Shown: positions 10,501-18,471, counted from the first letter of the stretch. The stretch is 64,000 nucleotides of DNA from an uncultured Candidatus Saccharibacteria bacterium (GCA_964562615.1 CAZLUD010000002.1:153300-217299), one strand, 5' to 3'. Notes: a model not told the origin generated them from the letters alone. Translations and numbers: made by a program.

Positions 10501-11319
10501 CTCGCTCTTTTGCTCATTTACATTAGTAGATGCTCTATTTGAGTATCCATCATAAGAATACCCAGTGATGGTGTAGTCACCAGACTCTATAGAGACAAAC
10601 TCGCTGTGGCTTGTTGGTGATCCTGCTTGTCCAGCAATAAGACGCACAAACGCGGTGCCGTCTTTAAACTCAACAATAGTTCTTCCCGCTTGTGGAGTAA
10701 GTGGACAGCTAGGAGTGTAAAACTCTGTGCTTGGAGTAGTTGGGGTAGTAGGAGTGGTTGGTGTGGTAGGAACATCAATTCGTTCAAATGATGCGCACAC
10801 AGGATACACACTGTTTGGCGAACCATTTTTATCAAAGGTGACATGCTGCGCGCGTAGCATCGCAATATCGTTTTTGAGTACAAATCCAGTTTCAACCACG
10901 GTAGTTTTGGTGTCTTGCTCTACAAAATCAGCAAGGTCTGAAGTACCCTTTGCCCATTGCCAGGTAGACTGTGCTCCACTTTCAAAACCTATCGAATATG
11001 ATTCGCTAGGTTGCTTTGCAGTTTGTGTTCTTCCGGTGTATCCATCAAATGATACTGCGGTGATTTTGTAGGTACCCTTAGGTAGATTTGTTGCGGCACG
11101 TACATACCCGTCCTCGTAGGTTCCGGTTGAAATGAGCTTCTTTGTTGGAAACGTCACTATAGTAGTGTTTGCTCCCGCAACAAGTGGACATGTTGGAACC
11201 GAAAAATCAGACGTTCCAGTCCCTGTCGCAGAAACTCGGTCAGATGAAAGGATCACGCTCACGGCGGATACGACAATCATCAAAGAAAGAAATGCTGATC
11301 CAATAAGTACTCGTTTCAT
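4543..11319 (-). CDS. Giant (2258 aa) surface protein or adhesin. Layout: signal peptide, then alternating Cys-bounded beta-sandwich modules (~110 aa, ending HAAYPNSNPNSIIPICAAFEKLPEP) and Ig-like modules (~85 aa, ..TLSWSS.N..SASID.GVGSV..), an SdrD-B/Cna-B-like domain, a Gly/Thr/Pro-rich stalk, an internal VPYTG + TM + RQYLHRFIR sorting-signal-like segment, and a ~430-aa cytoplasmic tail.
   Basis: One uninterrupted ORF. N-terminal MKRVLIGSAFLSLMIVVSAVSVILS signal. At least 9 Ig-like repeats. CVYVDANKNKVKD...GADGCYLFDNLEQGTYTV matches the SdrD B-like fold. TM helix LLTFFFWLTVLVVTGIMTHYLIV. Confidence 0.8.
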   Translation of the reverse strand: MKRVLIGSAFLSLMIVVSAVSVILSSDRVSATGTGTSDFSVPTCPLVAGANTTIVTFPTKKLISTGTYEDGYVRAATNLPKGTYKITAVSFDGYTGRTQTAKQPSESYSIGFESGAQSTWQWAKGTSDLADFVEQDTKTTVVETGFVLKNDIAMLRAQHVTFDKNGSPNSVYPVCASFERIDVPTTPTTPTTPTTPSTEFYTPSCPLTPQAGRTIVEFKDGTAFVRLIAGQAGSPTSHSEFVSIESGDYTITGYSYDGYSNRASTNVNEQKSEQWYLDIYNGVGNTIATYGPTADLADGVKEASVTANFATNALIGEPIAKITARHATPNTKYNSVVPVCVAFDKKPVAGPTCPLTPSADTTIVNFGTTVLRSDLSQSSAIAGPVAVNLAAGQYDVTLASYDDHTHKVGQVQPNERWFVELNNGVQSNAISDLADSQDYLTQKVNSALTIGSASSVKAVHAAYPDTSSPNSIIPICAAFKKLPDTPKPPTCTMSANPTTISVGGSTTLSWSSTNTKSASIDGGVGSVSTTGTKVVSPTQTTTYTGTFVGTDNSVITCSQTIVVVPLADPICQMTITPSTIVKGGLATLSWTTSNVASASISDGVGQVAVNGSKSVSPSDTTTYIGTFVGTNGKTITCSAKVTVTPPPTSPTCPIAPRDGLTVVPITTNIITANSSQASATVGPFALNLPQGSYRVYLASYDDHTNKPGQVQPNESWELALRSITGSTIVTTSAIADLPDTQDYLVELVNSNLKIDGDVKTGVVTHAAYPNSNPNSIVPICAAFEKLPEPKDPICTLTGFPTTITKGGEVLLSWTSQHALSASLDNNIGSIEVQGSKTVAPTETTTYRATFMGEAGKSVTCVTTIVVNPTPNPVCALSASPSSIQTGGTATLVWTSSNTSSGSIDNGVGSIAVNGSSAVSPTQTTTYTATFIGNEGKTISCSTTITVSPKPEPVCTLTVNPGTITQGGVATLVWTTENASSVTINNGVGSVAVNGSQSVTPSQSTTYTASVTGVNGKVITCSAPIVVLPPPQTPTCPLVGGADKILIDFGDGLIRSDQTKANSEKGPFTTEIPSGIYKVTLASFDEHSAKPGQVQPDEKWFLSFARFGGLISLGTSGTIGDLPDDQNYLSQVVNDRLEVTQTITQVTAKHAAYPNSNPNSIIPICALFERVESLAPAKISGCVYVDANKNKVKDTNDAPIPGTTISLTGTTVSGSAVTKTTTTGADGCYLFDNLEQGTYTVIESQPAGYEDWFDQIGTKGGNDTVNDVFSSIVLAPGDHSERNNFGELRIIPDPICAMSVDKSVIKLGESITLTWNGTNVTSVTIDNGVGSVGASGTKNLSPTTNVTYTGTFVGENGKTITCSAPVVVKQDTLPVCPLSPSQGITIVNLSTGKIRSDQSGSAAETAPVPAELAKGTYKVTLASFDYHTDRTIVTEPKEQWFVKLRDLVGSTIVSTNASPDLADTKDYDVSVVNSELVISQDTKTAVAVHAAYPDASSTNDIVPLCAAFEKLPEPQDPVCAMSVAPSTIKKGESATITWTSQNTFGASIDSGIGAIALNGSKVVSPEVTTEYTGTFTGEKGKTVTCKVTVTVETPIDPPFCTLVASPQTLAKAGDAATLTWTTLRATSISIDKGIGSVTANNSTQVTPTQTTTYTLTATGATGAVVTCQATVTVPNKVPVCEMSITPNRVVEGQNTEVTLSWSGTNVTKTTITPDLNDVSVSGSAKFVANSSKLYTGVFSGEFGTTTCTARIDLQPLCPNGNCGGGGGLNPPRVTIASTTTPPSITPPTDQPLAFVYLSQVPYTGFEAGPLLTFFFWLTVLVVTGIMTHYLIVRQYLHRFIRVAFTRAGEYLDEREVEKMRYVDSPREAATEYPRAPQQEIHNHYAHSHHVSPEEPRYMPAPTHAPRAEAPVTRTNNPPHNLPTGTMQFAAQAQAPAVPADRLWHKEAIADRYLEGVLEKTAYESDVLVSPEGLAQIVAYSDSDEQKARMLLEEMILAAKKLYPREDGWIPLNRERIQALRIATRDIDGARDTRETRRDTEIAHDVPASITTEETVVEAPADTITDKAVEEYAPAAPQASAVASDRFSLERYSRDRDGYHGTNRSTSQNQMPRERFSAHVTPHSEPRHERAVSSSHEGLTTISAIATFISWLAEGKEEKSFNFLRKLAGQGYDAQNFLMQVVTELDDVFKNRIEGGRRANRDLLEVTAIWSNGELEHIIEILSGGVDYTYSHSQTGAKIAIAKVVDFIEKQKGRTFRKGE

Positions 11320-11402
11320 AATATGTATCGTGTTGTCTACCTGCTAGTAATAGTATTCTACATCCCAATCACCACCAATTGCTGGCAGTTGTCCACTATC
11401 AA

Positions 11403-12167
11403 TTATCTTGAGAGCGGATAACTTCCAACAAAATCTGCCTCTACAATAAATCGGTCTTGCTTTGTACCAAACGAATTGCACGTCGCAAGGGTAAGGCGCT
11501 TTCTGTCATTCGTGAAGTCAACACGAACATCAGACGCCTGATCCATACGCACCGCCACTACCTTGTATATATTTTCCTGAGAGCCGTTCTGCACCTTTAT
11601 AAGTGCCCCCTCAGTAAGCTTGCCAATATTATTAAACGCCTTGAAATTTTGGTTTCTAATATTTGGCAATCCTGATGAATGAGCAAAAATAAACATGTTG
11701 CCATTGTCTATCATGCTTCCTGACCCAGGAAATCGAACCGCTCCATATAGGAGTGCGCTATCAAGGACTTCAATGTCTCTTGAGAGCGGATTTTTAACCG
11801 CTACATCAACACCGATATCATCGATGATGATGCGAGTTGGTTTATCAGCAACCGACACCTTTGCCTCCATTGATGCAACTGGGTCGATATATACCCCTGT
11901 TGTTTGCGCAACTCTTTCAGACGTCTGTGCTGGTGTTGGAGTTGACGCTGTAGCTGGTGGCGCTGCCTCAACAAACGTAACTGGCACAAGACGAGAGCTG
12001 AGGGTTACGGTAACTTCTTCCTCTGGTAGCTGCTCTAAAACTTCCTCAGTAGTAATTGTTGTTTCTTCAACCATTACTAGTTCAGGATAAAAATCAATTT
12101 TAAAGAGCAGTATCCCCAACAACGCAAAAATAAGTGCAAACACTCCGATATATTCAAAGATTCTCAT
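11403..12167 (-). CDS. Sortase family transpeptidase, membrane-anchored. The start is placed at the internal ATG giving MRIFEYIGVFALIF..; the ORF-track start at 12278 is an alternative.
   Basis: N-terminal TM anchor; IFAHSSG (His region); LTLATCNSFG (the TLxTC Cys motif); downstream Arg in DRFIVEA. The C-terminal half aligns by eye with S. aureus SrtA (LTLITCDDY...KRKIFVA). Confidence 0.75.
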   Translation of the reverse strand: MRIFEYIGVFALIFALLGILLFKIDFYPELVMVEETTITTEEVLEQLPEEEVTVTLSSRLVPVTFVEAAPPATASTPTPAQTSERVAQTTGVYIDPVASMEAKVSVADKPTRIIIDDIGVDVAVKNPLSRDIEVLDSALLYGAVRFPGSGSMIDNGNMFIFAHSSGLPNIRNQNFKAFNNIGKLTEGALIKVQNGSQENIYKVVAVRMDQASDVRVDFTNDRKRLTLATCNSFGTKQDRFIVEADFVGSYPLSR

Positions 12168-12372
12168 GGTTGATGAGGCGCTTCGAAGATTATCATTAGT
12201 GAGTCTATTACTCATGCAAGTGAGGAGTTCAAAGACCAAAAGCGTGTTGACGCATGGCGACAACAGACTACTAGTCACCCGTATATACTACCCCAGATTA
12301 TTGACAAAGTCAAGTTTCCGTGTCGGTCTTCCTTTGTCAGAAATATACGGGTGGTGGTACCATATATATACT

Positions 12373-13500
12373 ATGCAAACACATTCCCCGAAGCCAAAAT
12401 TACCAAACACCCTTCTTACAAGAGACACTGTAGAAAAAGTAGTACTCTACACCGCAATAACTGGAATTGTAGTACTTGCGATTGCCCTTTTTGGTGCTGC
12501 CTTCATAAAAATCCCTACATCAATTCAAACTGCTGCGGTAGAAATTAGCTCGGTGTTTTATCCTGCAGATACTCGTCTACAACTTTCGCTTGAAAGTAGA
12601 TACGTAGAGAACGGTGTCCCTCTTACCCTTTCATGGAGCGCGCCTGCCACTGATATTCCGGGATCATTTTTGTTTGCTTACAAATGCGCACAGGGGCTTA
12701 CCGTGTTTATGGAAAACAGAGATGGTGAGTACGAACCAATTAATTGCGAACAACCAACCGAACCATTAGTAAGTGGCAATCAAGTACGCATTCGCCTCAC
12801 CTCTACTGAAAACCGTTTTCTTGATGTACCCCTTGCGGTTGCCTTTTACCCTGAAGGCGATCCATCACCACTATTTTTCTCACGTGCGTTAGTAACGGTA
12901 GAAAATCCACGCATTGCATTTAGTCCTTCTTTGAGGCCAGATGGCACTGTTGCAACATCAACTACCCCAGATACACCGACACCGCCTGAGACCACCACGC
13001 CTACCCCACCTGCAAAAAAACCTACCGAGCAAACAACACCGCGACAGGGTGCTAGCACCTCAGAATCATTCCAGATTCCTCGCATCGATGGATCTGCGCA
13101 AACCGCCCCTCGTACCCTCACCGGAAAAAGTGATCTGTCAGTAAAAATAATGAATGTAGGATACATTGACGATGCAACAAAAGGATTTGTTATCACCAAT
13201 ACCGTTGAAAAAAACAATGTCAGCGCAGTTATGTTTGCCGTTGAGAACACAGGTACCAATTCATCAGGTTCGTGGGACTTTGCTGCAATACTTCCTACAA
13301 ATCCTCCTTACATATTTCAATCACCAACACAAAGAGAGCTTCTTCCTGGTGAAAGAATTGAATTCACCATGGGCTTTGACCGAGTAAAGGAAGGCGCATC
13401 TTCAGTTGAAATAAAAATCAATATCGACCCTTCACAAAAAATCTCAGAATCAAACGAGACAAACAACTCTACCATCGCTACGATTGGTATCCGTAACTAA
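12373..13500 (+). CDS. Membrane-anchored protein with an N-terminal TM, a conserved 2-Cys beta domain, a Thr/Pro-rich linker and a C-terminal CARDB-like domain (paralogue 1). Start placed at MQTHSPKPKLP; the ORF-track start at 12166 would overlap the sortase gene.
   Basis: C-terminal region DLSVKIMNVGYID...VENTGTNSSGSW...ESNETNNSTIATI fits the CARDB pattern, which ends in E.NE.NN. Paralogous to 14195..15364. Confidence 0.6.
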   Translation: MQTHSPKPKLPNTLLTRDTVEKVVLYTAITGIVVLAIALFGAAFIKIPTSIQTAAVEISSVFYPADTRLQLSLESRYVENGVPLTLSWSAPATDIPGSFLFAYKCAQGLTVFMENRDGEYEPINCEQPTEPLVSGNQVRIRLTSTENRFLDVPLAVAFYPEGDPSPLFFSRALVTVENPRIAFSPSLRPDGTVATSTTPDTPTPPETTTPTPPAKKPTEQTTPRQGASTSESFQIPRIDGSAQTAPRTLTGKSDLSVKIMNVGYIDDATKGFVITNTVEKNNVSAVMFAVENTGTNSSGSWDFAAILPTNPPYIFQSPTQRELLPGERIEFTMGFDRVKEGASSVEIKINIDPSQKISESNETNNSTIATIGIRN

Positions 13501-13514
13501 AACAAAAGCATACA

Positions 13515-13544
13515 AGCCGCTGCGGTAACCGCAGCGGCTTGTTT
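13515..13544. terminator. Hairpin between two convergent genes: CARDB paralogue 1 (+) and the Cys-rich secreted protein (-).
   Basis: aagccgctgcgg-taa-ccgcagcggctt gives a perfect 12-bp stem, followed by gttt. Confidence 0.6.
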
Positions 13545-13548
13545 AGGC

Positions 13549-13995
13549 TTATGTCTCTGGGCGCTTCTTCCAGCCACAGTAGAAAACCCCAGGGCATGGA
13601 CTTGGCCACTGTTCTAAATAGGGTTTTCGTGAGCAAATTACAGCCTCAATTCCTTCTGGCATTTTTATTTTGTCACCCGCTTCTTCCATTTTGTCCAGAA
13701 AGTCTCGAGGAACGGGACACCACGACCCATCAACAAGTACGTGTTCTTTCCCTAGGGCGTCATACTTAATGACGGTCTGTCGGCATTCACCTCCTTTACC
13801 TCCGTCGCAACATGTTCCTCCCTTCAATGTTTCGAGTTGTTCAACAATACGATCGGCATGCAGTAGGCTGTGACCGAAGCCGTAATCCCCCACGTTCTGT
13901 CCTGGTGGTTTTGGCGTCCATTTTTTCTGATCCGCACCAAAGGAAGCGTCGGGAAAAAATAATACCAATGCACAGAGCGTGACGATCTTTTTCAT
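13549..13995 (-). CDS. Small secreted Cys-rich protein (148 aa, 8 Cys) of unknown function. Start taken at MKKIVTLCALVLF, which has an AAGGAGAG RBS.
   Basis: Signal peptide MKKIVTLCALVLFFPDASFGA; GGTCCDGGKGGEC motif; RBS ggtaaaggagagtgtt upstream of the ATG at 13995. Confidence 0.6.
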   Translation of the reverse strand: MKKIVTLCALVLFFPDASFGADQKKWTPKPPGQNVGDYGFGHSLLHADRIVEQLETLKGGTCCDGGKGGECRQTVIKYDALGKEHVLVDGSWCPVPRDFLDKMEEAGDKIKMPEGIEAVICSRKPYLEQWPSPCPGVFYCGWKKRPET

Positions 13996-14101
13996 AACAC
14001 TCTCCTTTACCTCTACTAAGTGAGGCACTGTACCTTTTATGCCCTCTCATGGTGACATCGTCAAATAGACAAACGCTCTCTCGTATTGTAAAAAGGGGTT
14101 C

Positions 14102-14130
14102 TTGACATTACTAAACGAGCGTGTTACTAT
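14102..14130 (+). promoter_or_regulatory. Sigma-70-like promoter TTGACA-17 nt-TACTAT upstream of CARDB paralogue 2.
   Basis: ttgaca(14102-14107) ttactaaacgagcgtgt tactat(14125-14130). Confidence 0.45.
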
Positions 14131-14194
14131 GCTCCCGCATCAAGTAGTCGGTGCACACAGACCAATTATTCGTTTCGTATTATCAGTATTCATT

Positions 14195-15364
14195 ATGAAT
14201 CAGCAATATCAGAATCCGGGAGATGTGCAGGTAACCATCGAGCACCGCTCAAAGGTTGAAAGAGCAATAACACGCGCACTAGCAGTTATCGGCGTCATTG
14301 CCATTGTCGTTATTGTTATATGGGCAGGGCTTATGGTGGTTCGATCACTACCAACCGCAATTACCGCAGTACAAAATGCTGCCGTAGGACTTACTCAGGT
14401 GTTTTCACCAAAGAAAGAAGAGGCTATTAGCCTTTCAATGAGCACGCTTGTTGCTCGATCTGGTGCTCCATACACCATTGCGTGGGGACACACTACTACT
14501 GAGTCAACTGGCACCTATGCCCTTACCTACTCATGTAGAGATGGACTTTCAGTAGAATCACCTAATACTGATGGTACCTACCAGAGCGCATTTTGTGATA
14601 CTCCATTTAACTTTGCACGATCAAATAGCGAGATTCGCATTGTGCCTACATCAACACAAAATAGATACCTTGATGTACCAATGACCATCTCATACTTCCC
14701 TGAAGGAGCATCAACTCCAACAGTACAGAAGACATTCGTCATGACCATTGAGAATCCATCTGTATCGGTAAGTCCAAGTACTACTGGTGGAACAGTAGCA
14801 ACATCAACTGCCGCTACAAGCACACCAGTCACCACACCGACTACAACTACTCGCCCTACTACAGGCACCACACGACCAACGGGGACAACCACCGTTACCC
14901 CAGGCACTCGTACAGACAATACCTACCAAATTCCTGGTACTGGTGGCAGTACTCCTGGAAGCACTACCGCAAAACCTATCAATCCTAACGGAAAGCCTGA
15001 CCTTGCTGTCAACGTACTAGACGTTGGATACATTGACGCTGCTACCAACAAGTTTGTTGCTGCAAGCTCAGTAAACCGAAGTGAGCGAGTAGCAGTACGA
15101 TTTGAAATTGAGAACAAAGGAAACAATGTCTCAGACTCATGGATGTTCAGCGCGATACTTCCTACCTATCCTCCATTTGTATTCCAATCTCAAACGCAAC
15201 AGAAGCTAAATCCTGGTGAGAAGATTGAATACACCCTTGGATTCGATAAGGTAGCAACTGGAAACTCAGTAGATCTAAAAATATTTGCTGACCAGAGCCT
15301 CAAGATTAACGAATCTAATGAGGAGAACAACATCAAGATTGTTACTATCAACATCAGAGACTAG
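14195..15364 (+). CDS. Membrane-anchored CARDB-like domain protein, paralogue 2. Start placed at MNQQYQNPG, downstream of the predicted promoter.
   Basis: Same architecture as 12373..13500: TM; conserved block TSTQNRYLDVPMTISYFPEGASTP (vs TSTENRFLDVPLAVAFYPEGDPSP); T/P-rich linker; C-terminal ...ENKGNNVSDSW...ESNEENNIKIVTI. Confidence 0.6.
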   Translation: MNQQYQNPGDVQVTIEHRSKVERAITRALAVIGVIAIVVIVIWAGLMVVRSLPTAITAVQNAAVGLTQVFSPKKEEAISLSMSTLVARSGAPYTIAWGHTTTESTGTYALTYSCRDGLSVESPNTDGTYQSAFCDTPFNFARSNSEIRIVPTSTQNRYLDVPMTISYFPEGASTPTVQKTFVMTIENPSVSVSPSTTGGTVATSTAATSTPVTTPTTTTRPTTGTTRPTGTTTVTPGTRTDNTYQIPGTGGSTPGSTTAKPINPNGKPDLAVNVLDVGYIDAATNKFVAASSVNRSERVAVRFEIENKGNNVSDSWMFSAILPTYPPFVFQSQTQQKLNPGEKIEYTLGFDKVATGNSVDLKIFADQSLKINESNEENNIKIVTINIRD

Positions 15365-15397
15365 TAACCGGTATACCCTCCATACCGTAGCCTAGAA

Positions 15398-15429
15398 TAG
15401 CGGCAGAATTCATACGAATTCTGCCGCTA
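15398..15429 (+). terminator. Terminator-like hairpin after CARDB paralogue 2.
   Basis: tagcggcagaattc-atac-gaattctgccgcta gives a 14-bp perfect stem. Confidence 0.5.
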
Positions 15430-15465
15430 TTGACATATACCAACATTGTGTAGTATAATACTGGT

Positions 15466-16122
15466 ATGAATAGAGCAATACCAATGTATAGCGCTACCTA
15501 CATACCGTCATCAAGTGTCTCACAAAAGGAGATAGATGCGATTATTACCCGCGCCACTATCTCGTCAAAGAACGAGCTCAAACACTCTGACGCAGATGAA
15601 AAATCATTTGCAGAACACCTCAACATTGATGAGCTGTACTTGAATGAAGATGCGCTCACTGAGGCTATCCGCTCATGTGAAGAGTCTACCCTTCCCCACG
15701 AATTGGATGACGAGCTATTGATGAGTCATGATGACATGTCAGATGCGTTCGGAAATAAGGTGAGTATCTCTCAAAAAGGCAACCACATCCATCTAAGCGA
15801 TGACGCAAAGCTTGATCTACAAAAAGTCATTCCTCGCTCAAAGCTAGCAACAAAGAGTGTTGCGATGCGAAGTAACCATATCCTTAAAGACTTTGTCGAG
15901 TACTTTGGTGGTAGCGTGTACCAGGGCGCAAAAACAATAAGCACTACACTAAGCGCAGAAGGTCATGCATCAATTGCTCAGCATGCAGAGCGTGTCCAAA
16001 ATCGAAAGCGTGCAAACCTTGGAGAAGATGGCTCAGAAATACATACCTTCCTCATCGGATACCCTCTTGTATTCTTCTTCAATCTTCTTGTCCTTGTCGC
16101 ATTTGGACTCTACCCTGCTTAA
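15466..16122 (+). CDS. Hypothetical acidic protein with a C-terminal tail-anchor TM helix.
   Basis: ORF with the C-terminal hydrophobic segment LIGYPLVFFFNLLVLVAFGL; no recognisable domain. Confidence 0.4.
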   Translation: MNRAIPMYSATYIPSSSVSQKEIDAIITRATISSKNELKHSDADEKSFAEHLNIDELYLNEDALTEAIRSCEESTLPHELDDELLMSHDDMSDAFGNKVSISQKGNHIHLSDDAKLDLQKVIPRSKLATKSVAMRSNHILKDFVEYFGGSVYQGAKTISTTLSAEGHASIAQHAERVQNRKRANLGEDGSEIHTFLIGYPLVFFFNLLVLVAFGLYPA

Positions 16123-16129
16123 ACAATAC

Positions 16130-16405
16130 TTAGCTAACTAGCGATAAGAAAAATAGCGCCATACCTTCACCTAGTGGAGTAAATACAAACAAAGAAAGTG
16201 GTGTGTAGCCGAGGAGAAATCCAAAGGCACACCACTTTTTTTGATCCATGAGTAGTGAGCCAATAAACACAAGACCAATAATCGCAATAAGAAGGCGTGC
16301 AATCATCGCAGGAAAATCAACCACAGCCATAAGTCCCAAGAGTAACAAAGAGAGAAATATTGCGATAGCTGTCCAAGCAAGCGTGTCCCGGAAAAATCTG
16401 TTCAT
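16130..16405 (-). CDS. Small membrane protein (91 aa, 3 TM).
   Basis: Hydrophobic ORF packed between neighbouring genes. Confidence 0.35.
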   Translation of the reverse strand: MNRFFRDTLAWTAIAIFLSLLLLGLMAVVDFPAMIARLLIAIIGLVFIGSLLMDQKKWCAFGFLLGYTPLSLFVFTPLGEGMALFFLSLVS

Positions 16406-16437
16406 GGTAGTCGTACTGGGTTGATTACGTAATAAGA

Positions 16438-18471
16438 TTAAATATCAAGTGTTGCGTTACGTGCATTTGACTGGATAAATGATTTTCTGTTGGTAACATC
16501 GGTGCCCATAAGAATATCAAATATTTTATCAGCCTCACGAGCATCATCAATAGTCACCTGCTTAAGGACTCTTCGGGCGGGATCCATTGTAGTCTCCCAC
16601 AACTCACCGTAGTTCATTTCTCCAAGACCTTTGTATCGTTGAATAGAAACTTTAACCGCCTTTTTCTTCTCGTCAACAACATCAACCTCTTCTGCTTCTT
16701 CGTTTTCAGATTCTTCAAAATCCGCCTCAATCACCCCAAGAGAAACAAGAATCTTATTCTTTTCTTCATCATTATACGCGTAGTGAAGGTCCTTCCCCTT
16801 GGTGATTTTATACAATGGTGGCTGAGCAATGTAGACATGCCCCGCAGAAATAAGCTGCGGCAAGTATCGATAAAATAGAGTGAGGAATAGGGTGCGTATG
16901 TGCGCGCCGTCTACGTCGGCATCGGTAGCGATAATAATCTTGTGATATCGCAAACGAGAAATATCAAAGGTGTCTCCAATAGCGGTACCGAGCGCGATAA
17001 GTAACTCTTTTACCCCACGCGCGGTCACAATTTTATCAAGGCGTGCACGCTCTACATTTAATACTTTTCCCCACATCGGCAAAACCGCTTGTATTCTTCT
17101 GTCTCTACCCTGCTTTGCTGATCCTCCTGCAGAATCTCCCTCTACAATAAATAGCTCAGCTTCTTCTGCTGCCTTTGTCTGGCAATCAGCAAGCTTTCCT
17201 GGCAAGGTCATACCCTCGAGCATTCCTTTTCGAAGGACGGAATCTTTTGCTGCTTTTGCTGCCTTTCGCGCCTTGAGGGCAAGTATTGATTTACCAATAA
17301 TAAATCGCGCGTCATCAGGATTCTCTTCCAAGTATTCGTTAAACGCTTCTGAGAATACCGTCTCGACAGCTCCCCTTGCCTCAACTGATCCAAGCTTGGC
17401 CTTTGTCTGCCCCTCAAACTGAATCTCGCGTAGCTTTACCGATACCACTGCGGTAAGACCCTCAAGCACATCATCACCAGTAAAGTTTTCGTCCTTCTCT
17501 TTAATGAGATTATTTTTGCGTCCGTAGGTATTAAGCGTACGAGTAAGCGCCGTTTTAAAGCCGGTTATGTGCGTACCGCCTTCTGGGTTGTATATGTTGT
17601 TCGCAAAGCCAAGTATGCGTGGTGAAAAGTCATCAATATATTGAAGAGAAACTTCAACCGCGACATTATCGATTTCTTTCTCTACATAAAAAATATTTTT
17701 GTGTACTGGCTTTTGTGTGTGGTTATAAAACCGCACCAACGACTTAAGTCCGCCCTCAAAGTAAAACGACATTGACGGTACATCGAGTGCCAAGTCTCTA
17801 AACCAAAACACACTGTCAAGATCAATCTTGCCCTCATAGTCTCTGGCATCAAAAATAGAGATACGTAGCGCCTTTACTAAATACGCCTGCTGTCTGAGGT
17901 GGTCTACGATTTTATTCCATGAAAACGCTATCTCAGGAAATATCTCAGCGTCTGGCTCAAAGGTAACAATGGTGCCGTATGCTTTCGATGCTGAAACTTT
18001 CTTAACCGCCGCCTTTCTTTTGCCTCTGCTGTATTCTTGGAAAAACTTTCCTCCGTCGCGATGCACCTCAACACTCGCAAACACAGAGAGCGCATTTACA
18101 ACCGACACACCCACGCCGTGGAGTCCACCAGAAACTTTGTACCCCTCGCCACCAAATTTTCCTCCCGCATGGAGTGTGGTCATGATAGTTTCAAGCGCAG
18201 ACACTTTTGTCTGCTTGTGCATATCGACAGGAATACCGCGTCCATTGTCTGCGACGCGTATTCTATTGTTTGGCAACAACACTACTTCAATATCATTTGC
18301 ATACCCACCCATCGCCTCATCGCGACTGTTATCAAATACCTCCCAGATCAAGTGGTGAAGCCCATCAGGGCCAGTGGTACCAATATACATACCCGGTCGC
18401 TTGCGTACCGGCTCAAGCCCTTCTAGTACTTGAATGTCTTCTGCGCTGTAGTGATGTCCTTTTGCATTCAT
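16438..18471 (-). CDS. gyrB: DNA gyrase subunit B. Start at MNAKGHHYSAEDIQVLEGLE; the ORF-track start at 18513 is less likely.
   Basis: RPGMYIG; GHKL ATPase motifs (GLHGVGVSVVNALS); TOPRIM EGDSAGGSAKQGRDR; C-terminal ...NATLDI. Confidence 0.9.
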   Translation of the reverse strand: MNAKGHHYSAEDIQVLEGLEPVRKRPGMYIGTTGPDGLHHLIWEVFDNSRDEAMGGYANDIEVVLLPNNRIRVADNGRGIPVDMHKQTKVSALETIMTTLHAGGKFGGEGYKVSGGLHGVGVSVVNALSVFASVEVHRDGGKFFQEYSRGKRKAAVKKVSASKAYGTIVTFEPDAEIFPEIAFSWNKIVDHLRQQAYLVKALRISIFDARDYEGKIDLDSVFWFRDLALDVPSMSFYFEGGLKSLVRFYNHTQKPVHKNIFYVEKEIDNVAVEVSLQYIDDFSPRILGFANNIYNPEGGTHITGFKTALTRTLNTYGRKNNLIKEKDENFTGDDVLEGLTAVVSVKLREIQFEGQTKAKLGSVEARGAVETVFSEAFNEYLEENPDDARFIIGKSILALKARKAAKAAKDSVLRKGMLEGMTLPGKLADCQTKAAEEAELFIVEGDSAGGSAKQGRDRRIQAVLPMWGKVLNVERARLDKIVTARGVKELLIALGTAIGDTFDISRLRYHKIIIATDADVDGAHIRTLFLTLFYRYLPQLISAGHVYIAQPPLYKITKGKDLHYAYNDEEKNKILVSLGVIEADFEESENEEAEEVDVVDEKKKAVKVSIQRYKGLGEMNYGELWETTMDPARRVLKQVTIDDAREADKIFDILMGTDVTNRKSFIQSNARNATLDI

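Noticed and set aside
10727-10790. Short tandem nucleotide repeat (ggtagt/ggagtgg units).
   Set aside because: It encodes the TPTTPTTPTTPST linker inside the adhesin. It is not a CRISPR array or non-coding satellite.
4630-11347. About 25 plus-strand ORFs of 60-130 aa inside the giant adhesin gene (e.g. 5276..5533, 8162..8545, 9689..9997).
   Set aside because: They are shadow ORFs of a long GC-skewed repeat gene on the opposite strand. None has a start context or a recognisable domain.
12846-13259. 137-aa minus-strand ORF inside CARDB paralogue 1 (Gly/Val-rich).
   Set aside because: Antisense shadow of the Thr/Pro-rich linker codons.
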